A DNA stretch of 64,000 nt from Octopus vulgaris (lineage: Eukaryota), in assembly GCA_951406725.2 (NCBI GenBank), contig OX597817.1, positions 1,674,001 to 1,738,000 on the forward strand, written 5' to 3'. This document shows positions 40,213 through 53,384 of the stretch, one piece after another (the first letter of the stretch is position 1; each line of letters starts with the position of its first letter). The translations under genes were made by a program, and so were the position numbers. The notes beneath the pieces were generated by a model that searched no databases, was not told the DNA's origin, and worked only from the letters and a program-made list of their open reading frames with translations.

Positions 40213-41096
40213 CAAGGTGCAGTAAATAAATTGTCGTCTAAATTACGCAAAAATGAAAATAACATTGGTAATTCATTTTAACAGATATATTTACCAGAAT
40301 CACATAAAAATATTTTGAAATACTAAAGAGAAAATTTATTCAATAAAATCATCATTGGCTTCAAACATGGCCTCCAGACGACTTCGGAATCTTCTGCAAC
40401 TCCTGCGGACGGCCTCCTTGTTTAACTTGGTGAATGTTGCCATAATCCTTGTCTTCATTTCATCTGTGGTGTTACAAAGAGTTTTGTTGGTCTCTCGCTC
40501 AACTGCGCCCTACACATAATAATCAAGGAGATTGCAGTCTGGGGAAGTAGGTGGCCAGATGTTAGGGGTCAGATGTGGTCGCAGAAATTGTCTGACACCC
40601 ATGACTAGGTTCTCCTGCTTGTGTTGCATGGTACAGAGTCCTGTTACTAGACATAGGGTGTTCCAGCAGCAATCCTCTTGACCCAGGGCAGCACTACCTC
40701 CTCCAGACACGTGATGTAGGCCTCCATGTTGAGTGTGAGGCTATATGGGAAGATGAATGGATGCCTAACGTCGTCATCTCAAGTGATCACTCCAAACACT
40801 ATGGCGTTGACTGGATATCTGGTTTTTATCACTCTCGGTACATGTTTTAGGGACACGGTAGGCCAACGGTTGTTCTGTGAGTTCACCATCTGTTTGTATT
40901 GGGGCTTCCGGTGCGAATGTCAAGCAGTACAGCATGTCGTTTCCAAATTTCCGACAGAGTGAATTACGTCATGGTGCTGTTTTTCTCACAGAATATGCCC
41001 AACAGACCCTACTATACTGTGTAGTCGATAAAATCAAAAACAAACAACGCGCATGAGTGAAATATAAAATTGCGGCAATTTACCTATTGCGCCCCT
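40213..41096 (-). mobile_element. Decayed Tc1/mariner superfamily element (DD37D/maT-like)
   Basis: IWPPTSPDCNLLDYYV, ERETNK, SCRRFRSRLEAM; imperfect TIRs caaggtgcagtaaataaattg / caatttacctattgcgcccct. Confidence 0.78.
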
Positions 41097-41110
41097 TCTC
41101 TGACTCTGTC

Positions 41111-41197
<87 letters not shown>

Positions 41198-41852
41198 ATA
41201 TACACACACACACACTTTTCTAACGACTTACTCACACACACACACACACACACACAACACATATACACATATATACATATATATATGCATTTACACAAAT
41301 GACGTTAAAATATTTTTCCAATCTCACGCAATAACAACATCTACATGCAATCCTGGAGTAGTGGAATATGCAGATGTGCTTCATTAAGACTCAGCTTGGA
41401 TTATAACACTATTTACACACACACACACACAAACACATACACATGCATACACAAACACACACACGCACACACGAACACATCATTTCCTTCACCATGGTAG
41501 TTGGTAAACTGGTTTCTATCTTACTTTCTAAACCTTACCTGTTTATGTGCATAAAATTTACCTGATAGTGGCAGAGTTCTGCAATGATGTAATCTAAGAA
41601 TGCATCAATAAAATGCTATCGAATCAGCTGTTGTGAGTTTTGATCATCATTTGTGTGTGTCTTGTATGTATATATATATATTCATCATACGGGCACGCAA
41701 GGCGCCTACCTGCTAGAAAGAAGAGTTAAAACCCTAATTTAAAACTCCAATAATACTGAAAAATTCAACAGGAAAGCAAATGTAAGCGGGCGAACGGGTT
41801 ATATAATTTTTAGATACCAAATACAACTCAATGCTAAATATTTTGGTAAGTG

Positions 41853-41917
41853 GACACACTTGGATCATGATTTCTAGTTCTAGCAAAGAGCCCCAAATTT
41901 CATCAGCAAGTTTTGTC
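41853..41917 (-). ncRNA. Type I hammerhead ribozyme motif with weak stem II
   Basis: Minus strand gaca(aa)acuug-CUGAUGA-25 nt-GAAA-UCAUGA-UC|caagu(g)uguc; palindromic stem III AUCAUGAU; stem II pairing poor. Confidence 0.6.
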
Positions 41918-42817
41918 AACTGAAAAGATTTTTCAACTCGACAGCGGCGAAGCTTATTCAGAGACGAACAAACTACTAGAAATAGCAGTTTACTAAAATA
42001 GCTTAATGTTATTCGATATAATATGCCTGATGACAAAACAAGATTACCACGACTAGAAGGCCAGTCAGACGAGAAAGTCTTCAAGGGTAAACTTGAAGAA
42101 ATCATCCAATAAAATATCAAACAGTTAAAAGGGCGACACAAAGACACACACACACACACACATACATACATATGACATCATCGTCATTTGAACTCAGATA
42201 ACAGAATGATAGGAGAAATACTGCGCGACTCTCAATGCTCTAACGACTTTACCAACTCGCCGTCTTTTGAATAATAGCAACAACATACTATTCACACATA
42301 AAATACAGTCACAGCAAAAATAACAAATATTCACTACGTAAATAAATCATAAAAACAACTAATTATATTACAATACAACACTAACGCCTTAAAATATATA
42401 TTTTTAAGAAGTGAAGAAAAAAGAAGAAAAAAGCTGATTCCATTACACATGACATTCACGCCGCTATTATATAAAGAAACTAAATGGCATAGATTTCAGA
42501 AAATATTCCTAGACGCTTACAAAAACCTGAATCTCATAAAGCAGAAAAAATTACAACTCAAATTACACAACTGAAATAGCTAACCTGATAAAAAAAAAAT
42601 TTCATCTCAAACATAGCATATCAACACCCAAACAACATATATAAAACTTAGTATCAAGAGACTATCAAAGAAATAACAAAGGAAATAAATGATAAAATAT
42701 AGAAAAATAGAAAGCTGGTAGATATTTCGTATCCAACCTGCCCTATCAATCACTAGCGTAATCTGTTCTGCACATTGGGAAAGTATCTTCTAGTACGACC
42801 TCCGGTTGATCAATATA

Positions 42818-43382
42818 TTGGGTTGTCCGGAAAGTTCGTGCCGATTTATAGTAGCTTACATTTCGACTTATTTTAGAACATGGTTGAATCCATAAAATAG
42901 GATTTTACTACACCTCCATTTAGAGCACAGTTTAGGCTAATTTTGCGTGGAAGAAGGTTTATGTTCCTATAACCTGTGTTAATTCTATAACCTTTTAAAA
43001 TGGAAGATAAGAAAATTCATTTTCGGCACTTGATGCTTTGGGAACCAGACAAAAATTGCTGCAGCTCGGCTGGGATGTGTTACCCCACCCTCCATATTCA
43101 CCAGATATTGCTCCTTCGGATTTCCACTTATTCAGGTCTCTGCAGAATAGTCTTAATGGTAAAAATTTCAATTCCTTGGATGACGTAAAAAGATACCTTG
43201 ATGAATTCTTTGCCATGAAACGACCTCAATTCTGGGAAGAGGGTATTTTCAAGTTAAAGGAAAGATGGAGACGCATTGTGCAACAAAATGATTCATATTT
43301 GGTTGATTAATATATAATGGCAAGTATTTATTGACCTTTTTCTTTCCTTTAAAAATCGGCACGAATTTTCCGGACAACCCAA
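42818..43382 (+). mobile_element. Internally deleted mariner (565 bp) with intact TIRs
   Basis: TIRs ttgggttgtccggaaagttcgtgccgattt / aaatcggcacgaattttccggacaacccaa with TA on both sides; MEDKKIHFRHLMLWE joined to LGWDVLPHPPYSPDIAPSDFHLFRSLQNSL. Confidence 0.95.
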
Positions 43383-43555
43383 TAGCTTATGAGTACTGAC
43401 TGTGAAGACAAAAACATACATACAAACATACATACATACATACAAACATAAATACAGACGGACAGACAGACGTGCGCGCGCATATACGCCCACTTAAGTA
43501 ATAGCGCAAAGCAGTGATGGGAACTAAACAAACTTAAGGTGAGTTCAAATATGTT

Positions 43556-44072
43556 TGTGACATATTTTAATATCTAAAGGCAGTTTCACTGCAGTTTACC
43601 GTGCTCATGGCTACCTTGGCATAGTTTACTGAGGAAAGCATAATGAGCCTAATACGGGGCACCACTGGGTTGATAATGATGCACTTATACCTTTACTACG
43701 GCAAACTGCAGCAAAATTGCTTTCAGATGTTAAAATATGACACAACCATATTTGAACTAGCCGGAAGTTTGTTTATTTTCCATCAGTGCTTCACACTGCG
43801 ACTTCCGTATTTGTTGTTCAGACTGGGCGATCGAGGAGCGCAAATCAGTGACTCGTATGGAATGATTGCTTATAAAGCTACATTATTCTAATCATCTAAG
43901 GGTTACCATTCTTTGATATCTCCTAGTGAGGAACACAACGAGCCATAAATGAATCTAGGGCACCAATGTAGGGCGCCACTGAACTGATAATTTACATCTT
44001 TACCATAAGCAAGAATTCTTTTCGTTCACGATAAACTGCAGTGAAATTTCCTTTAAAAGTTAAATTATGTCA
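43556..44072. mobile_element. MITE-like element with imperfect inverted termini of about 45 bp and a duplicated right end
   Basis: gacatattttaa...ttcactgcagtttaccgtg (43559-43603) is inversely matched at about 43697-43743 and 44027-44071. Confidence 0.55.
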
Positions 44073-44083
44073 TATATGTCATA

Positions 44084-44137
<54 letters not shown>

Positions 44138-44154
44138 CATACATAAATATATAT

Positions 44155-44236
<82 letters not shown>

Positions 44237-44784
44237 ACAAGCACGCACACACACAATGACACACAGCTCCCCGACAAATGCAAGACACATAGACACACTC
44301 ACACAAACATATCCACACGTATACACACACACTGCACTATCAATACAAACAAAACAAACCACTCACAAATGCAGCACACACACACACACACACACACACA
44401 TAGAGCTGTGCACAAAGACACACACACTCACACCATTCTGACCTCTGAGACCAGTCCCAAAAGCAACTGAACCGTAACAGACTAGCCCAGAAACAAAAAA
44501 ATCCTTTTGATTCCACATTGTTTTTCCATCCTCACCCCAACCAACCTCCAACACTATCCCTTAAAATAGCAAGCATTCCATAGCTACACACAGACAGAAA
44601 ATGTCACACAGACTGGTCAGTTATTCCTCTCCAATTTTTTGTAAATTCTTAAATATATCTCCTTCTGTATATATATATACTACCAAACAAACATGACTTT
44701 TATTGAACTCAAAATACTTACTGTAGTCCCGCTCTTGAATACTTTCTTGTTTTGTTTTTTCGGAAAACTGCTTATATATATTAT

Positions 44785-44920
44785 GTGCGTCACATGACCA
44801 AGTGGTTAGGGTGTGGCATTAACGATCGTGCGATCGTGGTTTCAAATCCAGGACCGGGTGGTGAGAAGTACCCTTTAGTAAAGCACTTCATCACATGTTG
44901 CTTTGTGGTTACATTCATTT
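44785..44920 (+). mobile_element. tRNA-derived SINE head
   Basis: A-box-like tgaccaagtggtt and B-box-like gtttcaaatcc. Confidence 0.6.
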
Positions 44921-45049
44921 GATCACCATAAGCAAATCCTTTCTGCAGATCGTTCAGCAAAAACTGAACACTCATCAGTCGTCTTCGACGAGAAATTCCA
45001 TCATTAAGCCTATAACACTACTCATGCAACTCAGTATGTTTATTATGGA

Positions 45050-45340
45050 TCTACAGATGTAAATTTGGAGTATAATATGGGATGTGATTACACAACACAG
45101 TTTCGGTTTGGAATGATTCATATTCGGCATCATATTGCTGGTCAAGAAAAACAAATACCTGGATTCAACAGCACATGAGAGTCAAATCATAAAATCCTTC
45201 AAGGAGTACAAATATAGATGGGTTGGTCACATCGCGCGACTGAAGGACAACAGGAGAGCAGCTGGAGCTTAAATGGACACGACTGACTTGAGACAGACAG
45301 CGCTGGAAAGAGTCCAGAGTGGGGTTTCTCCTTGGATATA
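45050..45340 (+). mobile_element. RTE-like LINE 3' remnant
   Basis: KYRWVGHIARLKDNR matches the W.GH..R..D.R motif near the end of RTE ORFs. Confidence 0.55.
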
Positions 45341-45827
45341 TGCGTATGTGGGTAAATGTTTGAGCACGTGCATGCATGTGGGTATGTGTGTGTGTGAGTA
45401 TGTACGAGGAGTGAATGCAAAACGAATGCAAAATAGCACTGCAAAATTTGGTTGGAGTTTCATGAATTTATTAAGATTGACTCAACTCCTCATTGCCTAC
45501 CGATTTGTGGGCGTGTATGACTCGTTCACAAAAAATTGTGTAACATAGAGCCAAGTCGAACTGTTCTTTAACATACACGCAACACACACACATACAACAC
45601 ACACAAACAAACTCACACACATAAACACACATGTGAATGCATAAGTGCGTGTATATATATGTATACATATATATGTGTGTGTGTGTGTGTGTGTATATAT
45701 ATTTGTGTATGTCTGCATCACTCGCCGATATATTAAAGAAAGAAGTACGTCATTTTCTTCTCTCTCCAATTATGCACTGCGTACATTTTCTTCTCCGTTA
45801 GTCTCTGCTTCTCACAGACACACATGC

Positions 45828-45906
<79 letters not shown>

Positions 45907-46567
45907 ACACATACACACACATACACACACACACAACTACATACACACACACACGTCCTCTCTCTTTCTCTCTCTTTCCCTAGGAAGTTTCTCTGATCAG
46001 CGCACTCCATATACTGCATTATTATTAATCGTCCCATTAAACAGAGGGCCAGCGTGTGTGTATGAGAGGGAGAGAGAGAGGAAGAGAGAGAGGGAGGAGG
46101 GCGAGCATATATTATATGTGATGTATTGAGTAATGCGCGTTCTCGGACGGGTGTGGAGTGGTGTTAGTTAAGGGTTAATACCTTGACGAAAATCGTCTGG
46201 CACATATCGATTTTCGAAAATGCCATTTTTTAAGCTTCCCTTTGCAATATTGCTGGTTGCAGCCAGAAAAAGGAAAAGGTAACAATTATAGATAAAGAGG
46301 AAACTTCGCAGTTCTTATCTCCCCCAGTCTTCCAACCAAATGAAGTTTATGGAGTTCAACAATTATTAATAGATGCGTCAAACTTCTCTCAGATGAAAAT
46401 AAAATAGCACATTTCGTTGTTGTTCTTGTTGTTGTTGTTACTGCAATCGCTGTTATTATTTAGTCCCCGGTCAACTCTGGTCCTGATAACCATGATCAAG
46501 TAATTATTTACGAATTAGTTTGTTGAGGAACATATTAATAATATCTGTTTTTATTTTATTTTCGTTT

Positions 46568-46735
46568 GCAGGGGTGGGTGTGTGGTAAGTAGCTTGCTTA
46601 CCAACCACATGGTTCCGGATTCAGTCCCACTACGTGGCACCTTGAGAAAGTGTCTTCTGCTATAGCCTCGGACCAACCAAAGCCTTTTGAGTAGATTTGG
46701 TAGATGGAAACTGAAAGAAGCCCGTCGTATATATG

Positions 46736-46823
<88 letters not shown>

Positions 46824-47017
46824 TGTATCTGTGTTTTCCCCCAACATCGCTTGACAACCGATGCCGGTGTGTTTACGTCCCCGTAACTTAGCGGTTCGGC
46901 AAAAGAGACCGATAGAATAAGTACTAGGCTTACAAAGAATAAGTCCTGGGGTCGATTTGCTCGACTAAAGGCAGAGCTCCAGCATGGCCACAGTCAAATG
47001 ACTGAAACAAGTAAGAG
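46568..47017 (+). mobile_element. Near-intact tRNA-derived SINE family A with internal (TA)/(TG) microsatellite
   Basis: Pol III box-like head, conserved body, microsatellite at 46728-46830, tail ...cagtcaaatgactgaaacaagtaagag; multiple copies in window. Confidence 0.9.
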
Positions 47018-48282
47018 TGTAGTTATAAATTGAGAAAGATTTGGCTGCTATTTGATGCGTAGAGGCTGCACAGAAGCTTCTTATACCATATTGCATCGCT
47101 CCATTTGTTTGTGCTTAACTTTATCATTTTACATCTCAAGTAACATATGTAGAGTGACGTCATATCTGGTTGTTGGTTTGGTTAGTGTTTAACCTCAGAG
47201 TCTATAATCAAAAGTGTTTCTTCTATAACTCTCATGTTTTATTTCAGACACTATATCCACTCGAATTGGAAAAAAAATTAATGAAAAATCTTATTGGAGT
47301 TATCTTACCTTTTTCTTTTAATTTATTCTAAACACACCTACAAGGCAGTAAGCTGGAACAATTGTTAAAAAGTCAGACAGAATGTTTAGCTATAAATCTT
47401 CCGGCTCTTTACGTCCTGAGCTCAAATTCAGCCGCAGTTCACTTTGCCTTTCGTCTTTTAGGGGTCGATAAAATAACATATGGTTTAAGTACCAGGGTTG
47501 GTTACTATTTCTAGCAGAAGGCGTGCCCTCGTAGTGGCTCCCTCTTTGGTTTGCATCAACCCATTTGATGTTGTTAGGCATCCCTCATCGGAGATAAATC
47601 ATCCAAATATGTCGAATTTGGTTTTCTAGATATAGTGCAATTCAGACTCCGATTATCTGCGGTAGGGGGCAGTTTGAAAATTTGCCTTCTATTTCAAGTA
47701 GATCGGAGTATTACATAAATGCTATTTCGCTGTTTCCTCTTGTAGACTGCACGAAATAGTAATAGTAAAGTTTTCCGTGGTCGGCAAGCGAAGGCGTGAA
47801 AGAATAAAGTCTTCGTGGGTAGAAAATGAATTCCAAATGTAAATAGTTGTTGTTGCTGTTGTCTTAGTTTTTGCCTGTCAGTCCTGATCGAGAAGGATTT
47901 CCTTCTATCTAACATGTCATTTTCGAAGTTGGTTAAAATGTCAGACAGTGGACTGTTATATACTGTAGCAGTCCACTGTTTGATGTATTCCTTTTCATGA
48001 CTGAAAAGTTTTGGTCGCATCATTTGACTCGTTAATGCTACTGTGCTAATTTTACGCCGACCATGCGCCCACTTAGTCTCAATACACATTTTTGCTAGCA
48101 GAATGGACTGAAGAAACGTAAAGGGTCATGCTGAAAGACATAAGGTATCCAACCCCGACTGGGAATAGGGACCACGATCTTATGATCAAGAAACCGATTG
48201 CCTAAAGACTAGGCTACGTGACTTCCCTTAAAATAGAAGGTATTCAATTTCTATTTCTTACGGACCGAGGGATCATTTAGAG

Positions 48283-48621
48283 TAATGGTTCTCAGCCATT
48301 TTTCATTTATGGACCCGTTTCATTACTTTTTTATTCTGGTGGACCCCTATTCCATTCAATGTTTTAAAATGTAGTCTTAGAGAGACTTCTTTCAAAATTC
48401 CTGTTCTGCTTATCATACATTCACTTGTGTAGATTAAACTGTGGTGGAACATCAGAGAAAAAAAACATTTGTTTCCTGCAATAAATACAAGTTAAGCAAT
48501 ATTTTTTTCATGGGCCCGTACAAGACTACTGTGGCCCCAAAGTAGTATATTGCTTGTGTGGACCCACAAAAAATCTTATATGGACCTTAAGATGCCATAT
48601 ATACCCGGTTGAGAACCAGTG
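48283..48621. mobile_element. hAT-type MITE
   Basis: Imperfect TIRs taatggttctcagcc / ggttgagaaccagtg; 8-bp TSD atttagag at 48275-48282 and 48622-48629. Confidence 0.85.
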
Positions 48622-48937
48622 ATTTAGAGACTTTTGGCTTTAAAAGACTCTGAAAGCATTCTTGCAGAAGATGAAGCCTTATTCGACAGCAATTGCATTG
48701 AGGATGCATACGTAAGTAATTACTGTAAGAAAAGTTGCTTATTCCGAGTCTTCAGCATTTTTACTATTATGCAGTACTTCGAGAAAGTATTATTATTAAA
48801 CAGTCCAAACATTTGAGTGGGGGCCGGTGACTGTGGAGAACAGGATGGAAATATCCATTATTAAGAGGGAAATTCATTTAATCACCGTGATTGACATACA
48901 CTTTCTGTTATAAATATATATGGATGTGTGTGTGTGC

Positions 48938-48968
<31 letters not shown>

Positions 48969-48999
48969 CAGATGCACCCGCAAACACATTTCTACACCT

Positions 49000-50315
49000 T
49001 ATAATTCCCAACCTAACTCTAAAATAATAGATTGATACAAATGAGGTAATTCATTGGTTTAAATCCATTGATAACACAAGTAATTATTCTTTTATCCAAT
49101 TTGACATTAATAGTTATTATTCAAGTATATCCCCTATTCTTCTCAATAAGTCTCTTATTTTTGCTAAATACCTCTCTCTCATAACTAGGGATAAAATTGA
49201 TATAATTCTGTGAGCTAGAAGAACTATTATAGAATTTGAGGGAAAACTTTTGACTAGTGCTGATACCCCAGAAAACTTTGATATAGCTATGGGCTCGAAC
49301 GACTCGGCCGAAATCACAAATCTAGTGGGTGCATATCTTTTAAGGTGCCTAAAGAGGGAAATACCTGAGTTACAGGGAGGTATATATATAGGGATGATGA
49401 TCTATTCATCATCCCTAGCAACAATAAATCAATCATAGAATGAATGAGAAAGAGAATTAGAAAATGTTTTCAAAAACTATAACTTAAGTATTAAATATGA
49501 ATATGACACTAAAGTAGTAAATTTTTTGGATACTACTTTAAACATTAACTCTAACTTATACTACCTCTATAGGAAAGAAGGTGAGGTTACAAGATATGTG
49601 AATAAATTATCAAACCACCCCACTAATGTATTAAAATTGATTATTAAAAGTATTTCTAGGAGAATTACTAAATTATATTCAAGCATTGATATTTTTAATT
49701 CCCATTCATAGCACTATAATGTTGATTTGTCTAAAGCGGGATATAACCAGGAAATTACTTTTCTCAGTAATAGAGGAAAAGATGATAGTTTGAGTAATAG
49801 AAAGTCTACTAACTCACTTAGCTGTGAAAAAATACCAAATGATAACCCATCCTACAAACCTAACATTTTAAATAATAATAACAGAATATGCTTCGATTAG
49901 AGACAGGATACTAAAACGAGTAAGAAGCTTGGGAAAAATAAAAAAGGTGACGATGAAAAAGAAATGGTTACTCCTCCAGATAAGGGATCCACTAGAAATA
50001 TATACAAAACTATTAGTCATGGCACGATTCTAGGAAGCAAGGATAGCACAAATTTATCCCGCCCTTACTTGCACAAAAAATTTAAAGTTAAGAATCTCGT
50101 CTGGTTCAATATCCCATACAATTGATCATTATCTACAAACATATATAGAAAATTTATGGCTATTTTAGAAAAAAACTTCTCTACTTCCCATAGATATAAT
50201 AGAATCTTTTCACGTAAGACAGCTAGAATCTCATACTCTACTCTCCCCAATATAGGTACCATCATAGCTAGACTAAATAAGGAGAATATAAAATTAGCCA
50301 GAATTGTTGAAAATA

Positions 50316-50379
<64 letters not shown>

Positions 50380-50419
50380 TAGTAACATTAACAATAATAA
50401 AAATAATAATGACACTAGC

Positions 50420-50453
<34 letters not shown>

Positions 50454-51006
50454 GCCCTGATGCAGTACCAGGCAATGGCTCTCATGGCTTCTGATCTTAA
50501 CTGATTGGAAGTGTTATCATGTACATTGTTTTGTCTTGGTATAAAGATGGGCTACAGCAAATATTCTGCTCAATACCACAGATTTGCTTGTCAGTTGTTT
50601 GACCTTAACCAGTTGAGCATGTCCCTTAGTGGCTGACGATATGTGCATCTCTGATCACGAGCAGAAGTAGTGGGGGAGCATCATAGCCATGTGTTGAGAG
50701 GGATTCTTTGGGGTTTGAATAATTCACCTCTGGAAATATGGGTGGTTCTTTCAACATCCTTAAACAACCCTTATTCAGGGACCGTTTGAGCGGGATGGGC
50801 TACTCAACCTGAAGAAAATTCTAACTGGGCCCCACCTGCAAGGTCATGTGCTGTTTATCTTGATATGAGATCACCATGTCGCGCACATATGGTTGTGATG
50901 CATGTGCCTGGTGTGCCTTTATCAGACGGGTAGTCATGATGGGTATATTGGGCTTCGTATATTTTACCCCAGTGTCACTTTGATGGCATGAACTGCTCTC
51001 TCACTC

Positions 51007-51038
<32 letters not shown>

Positions 51039-51078
51039 TAGTAACATTAACAATAATAAAAATAATAATGACACTAGC

Positions 51079-51127
<49 letters not shown>

Positions 51128-51640
51128 GTACTGTCGACTATAACTTAAACCCCCAAAATGAAAATAGTAGTATTGATGATGATGATGGGGTGAATAGAAT
51201 AAATAGTGGTAGCACTTCTAATAAAAACATTATGGATTATAGTCTCATTACATATACGGGCAAGGAAACTACTTTTACGCCTAATGATGCAGAGGCGATT
51301 TTATATGATAATACGATTGAAGTGAAGTTAGAAAATAACAGATGTGACCATGACATACTTGATAATGTAATTATTAATAGCGAAAATATTAAAAATAAAA
51401 ATAATAATTTAAATCTTAATAATACTAATATTAATAATAATAATTCTCCTAGTTGCATTTGTAAGGTTTAATCCCGCTGTCCGTTATTAGGCCGATGTCT
51501 TACTCAGAACGTAGTACATAAATGCACACTAATAACTACAACTAATAATTATATTTACTTCGGTTGTTCGATTAATTTGAAACAGCGTATATACAATCAC
51601 GTGTCGTACTTTAAACTTGAACATAAGGCGAATTAAACTG
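49000..51640 (+). pseudogene. PLE RT/GIY-YIG polyprotein pseudogene
   Basis: Motifs above, broken by TGA, TAA and TAG stops, a frameshift at the YRDD motif (about 49385) and an insertion at 50451-51006. Confidence 0.85.
50451..51006 (+). mobile_element. 556-bp non-coding retroposon inserted in (AAT)n with a long target duplication
   Basis: Sharp GC shift; caatagtaacattaacaataataaaaataataatgacactagc duplicated at 50377-50419 and 51036-51078; related pieces at 32709-32900 and 33147-33186; strand inferred from the isolated end fragment. Confidence 0.82.
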
Positions 51641-53295
51641 CTAAAATTAAACTGCCTAAATTATAATTTAGGTAATTTATAGTAAATTTGTTCTCTCACT
51701 TAAATGATAAATCTTCCTGATAACCCTAAATTTTAATTTTATACAATAATGACATATTGTTTAAAATAGGTTTAGTAACTAAGTTTTTATCTCTTTCTTA
51801 AAGTGTTCCGTCCTCTTAATTTTGGTATTTATATTGGCTTTATGCAAACCGCCCTTCTAATTAAGTCCCGCTAAGAAACTGTAGTATCATTTATGGATTC
51901 ACTCAAATAACTTTTGAAATCTATATTATACCTCTTAATTTAATATTAGTATATGATTAGCATGTCCTTTTAACAACAATTATTCTTTTAACTAATACCG
52001 GGTATCAGTCCTGATTATAATAAGCTAAATAATAATACTTAAATTATTATACATTTTATATAAATACTTGCTATTGAAGTTAATAAGGTATGGATATTTT
52101 ATTATGGTTTTTAGTGATTAGGTTGCTTTTATTCCTTTTCTATGATGCTCTACCCTAAATATTTCTTTAGCCGATACCAGGCTTAAGTCTTTTATTGATG
52201 TTAGCCAAATAATCAAATATATAATTTTTAGTCTGATATATTTTGAATTATTATAATTTTTTAAAAAAATCTTCTCTATTGGTGTTAATAAGCTACATAT
52301 ACTTTACCATAGTGTTAGTAATTAAGCCATTTTATTTCCTTTTCTATGGTGTTCTGCCCTACTTGATTATTTTATTTTATTTTATTTCTTTATTATTTTA
52401 TAATTAGCCTTTATTTATTCATAAAATTAATCTAATTTGTGTATCTCTATAAATTCATACTTGACATATATAAAACTATACTGGTATATCCACTACTTAT
52501 AAAAAATACTGCTTAGATTATAATTTTATTAATATATAATTAGCATGTTCCTTTACATCATTACTCCTTTATTAATACCAGTATATACCAATTAATCAAT
52601 ATTCACAGATACCAGCTGATGAATTAGTATTTAAGTGTTCAGTATGTATAAATATTAAACTATTTCTGGATAATTTTTTTTCCTCTCTCTATTGCGGTAA
52701 AAGTTAGGTATATACTCAAAAGTACTCATCAATTTCTATCCTTTTGTCGTAATATTCTTCTTAATAATCCTTTGAATAAGCCTAAACTTTAACTGTATGC
52801 AATATAGCAACATTGTTTTAAATATTTAACTGTAGTACCACATGATATGACTTCCCCTGTTTCATTATCAATGGTCTGCTAGTGGGCTAACATCTTGTTA
52901 TCAGCTAAAATCTAGTTAAACGTTTTCCTTTAACAAACCTTATGATATTGCTTCTAATATATCTTGATTTTTATGACTATACCAACTATGATGGCTTTCT
53001 GCTCCCTCAGCCCTACCCCTAACAGATACTGCCCTCTGTTCTCTCAGCCTTAGATATACAAGGGATTTGATAAACTAGTCTATAAATTAAAACTGACCCC
53101 ATAAAAACCAAAACAAAAAAATCTCAGTGACAGGCAGAGTCTGTAACAATGTATAACTTCTTAAAGAATTCAATAACTTCTAAACTGGAGTTGGGACAGC
53201 ATATTATTTGTCCAGCCCCTTAACTTCTTTGAGATTTTAAGTATAATTATACAAATATGTCCATCTCTTCTAATTTAATTAAATTCTATGTCCTT

Positions 53296-53384
53296 GTGCA
53301 GCTGAAGATTGCTCTGCATTTTAAATTGATGTAATGATTGCATTGTCCAATTAAATGGAGTTGCATGAAACGATCGTACTGCAT
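53296..53384 (+). ncRNA. Type I hammerhead ribozyme at the PLE 3' end
   Basis: gugcag-CUGAAGA-uUGC...GCAu-GAAA-CGAUCG-UA|cugcau; palindromic stem III ACGAUCGU; first stem II pair is U-U. Confidence 0.75.

Noticed and set aside
44935-44995. Minus-strand CUGAUGA...GAAA with a guucag/cugaac hairpin
   Set aside because: GAAA is 8 nt away from the hairpin, and no stem III or stem I closure was found.
47694-48089. 131-aa minus-strand ORF (also 58133-58420)
   Set aside because: No recognisable homology or splice support. Possibly old transposon debris.
49200-50130. In-frame TGA codons in the PLE ORF as selenocysteine recoding
   Set aside because: The same ORF has TAA/TAG stops and frameshifts, and no SECIS was identified. 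Decay is the simpler explanation.
50625-50690. CUGACGA within the 556-bp insert as a hammerhead
   Set aside because: It is followed by GAAG rather than GAAA, and no consistent three-stem fold was found.
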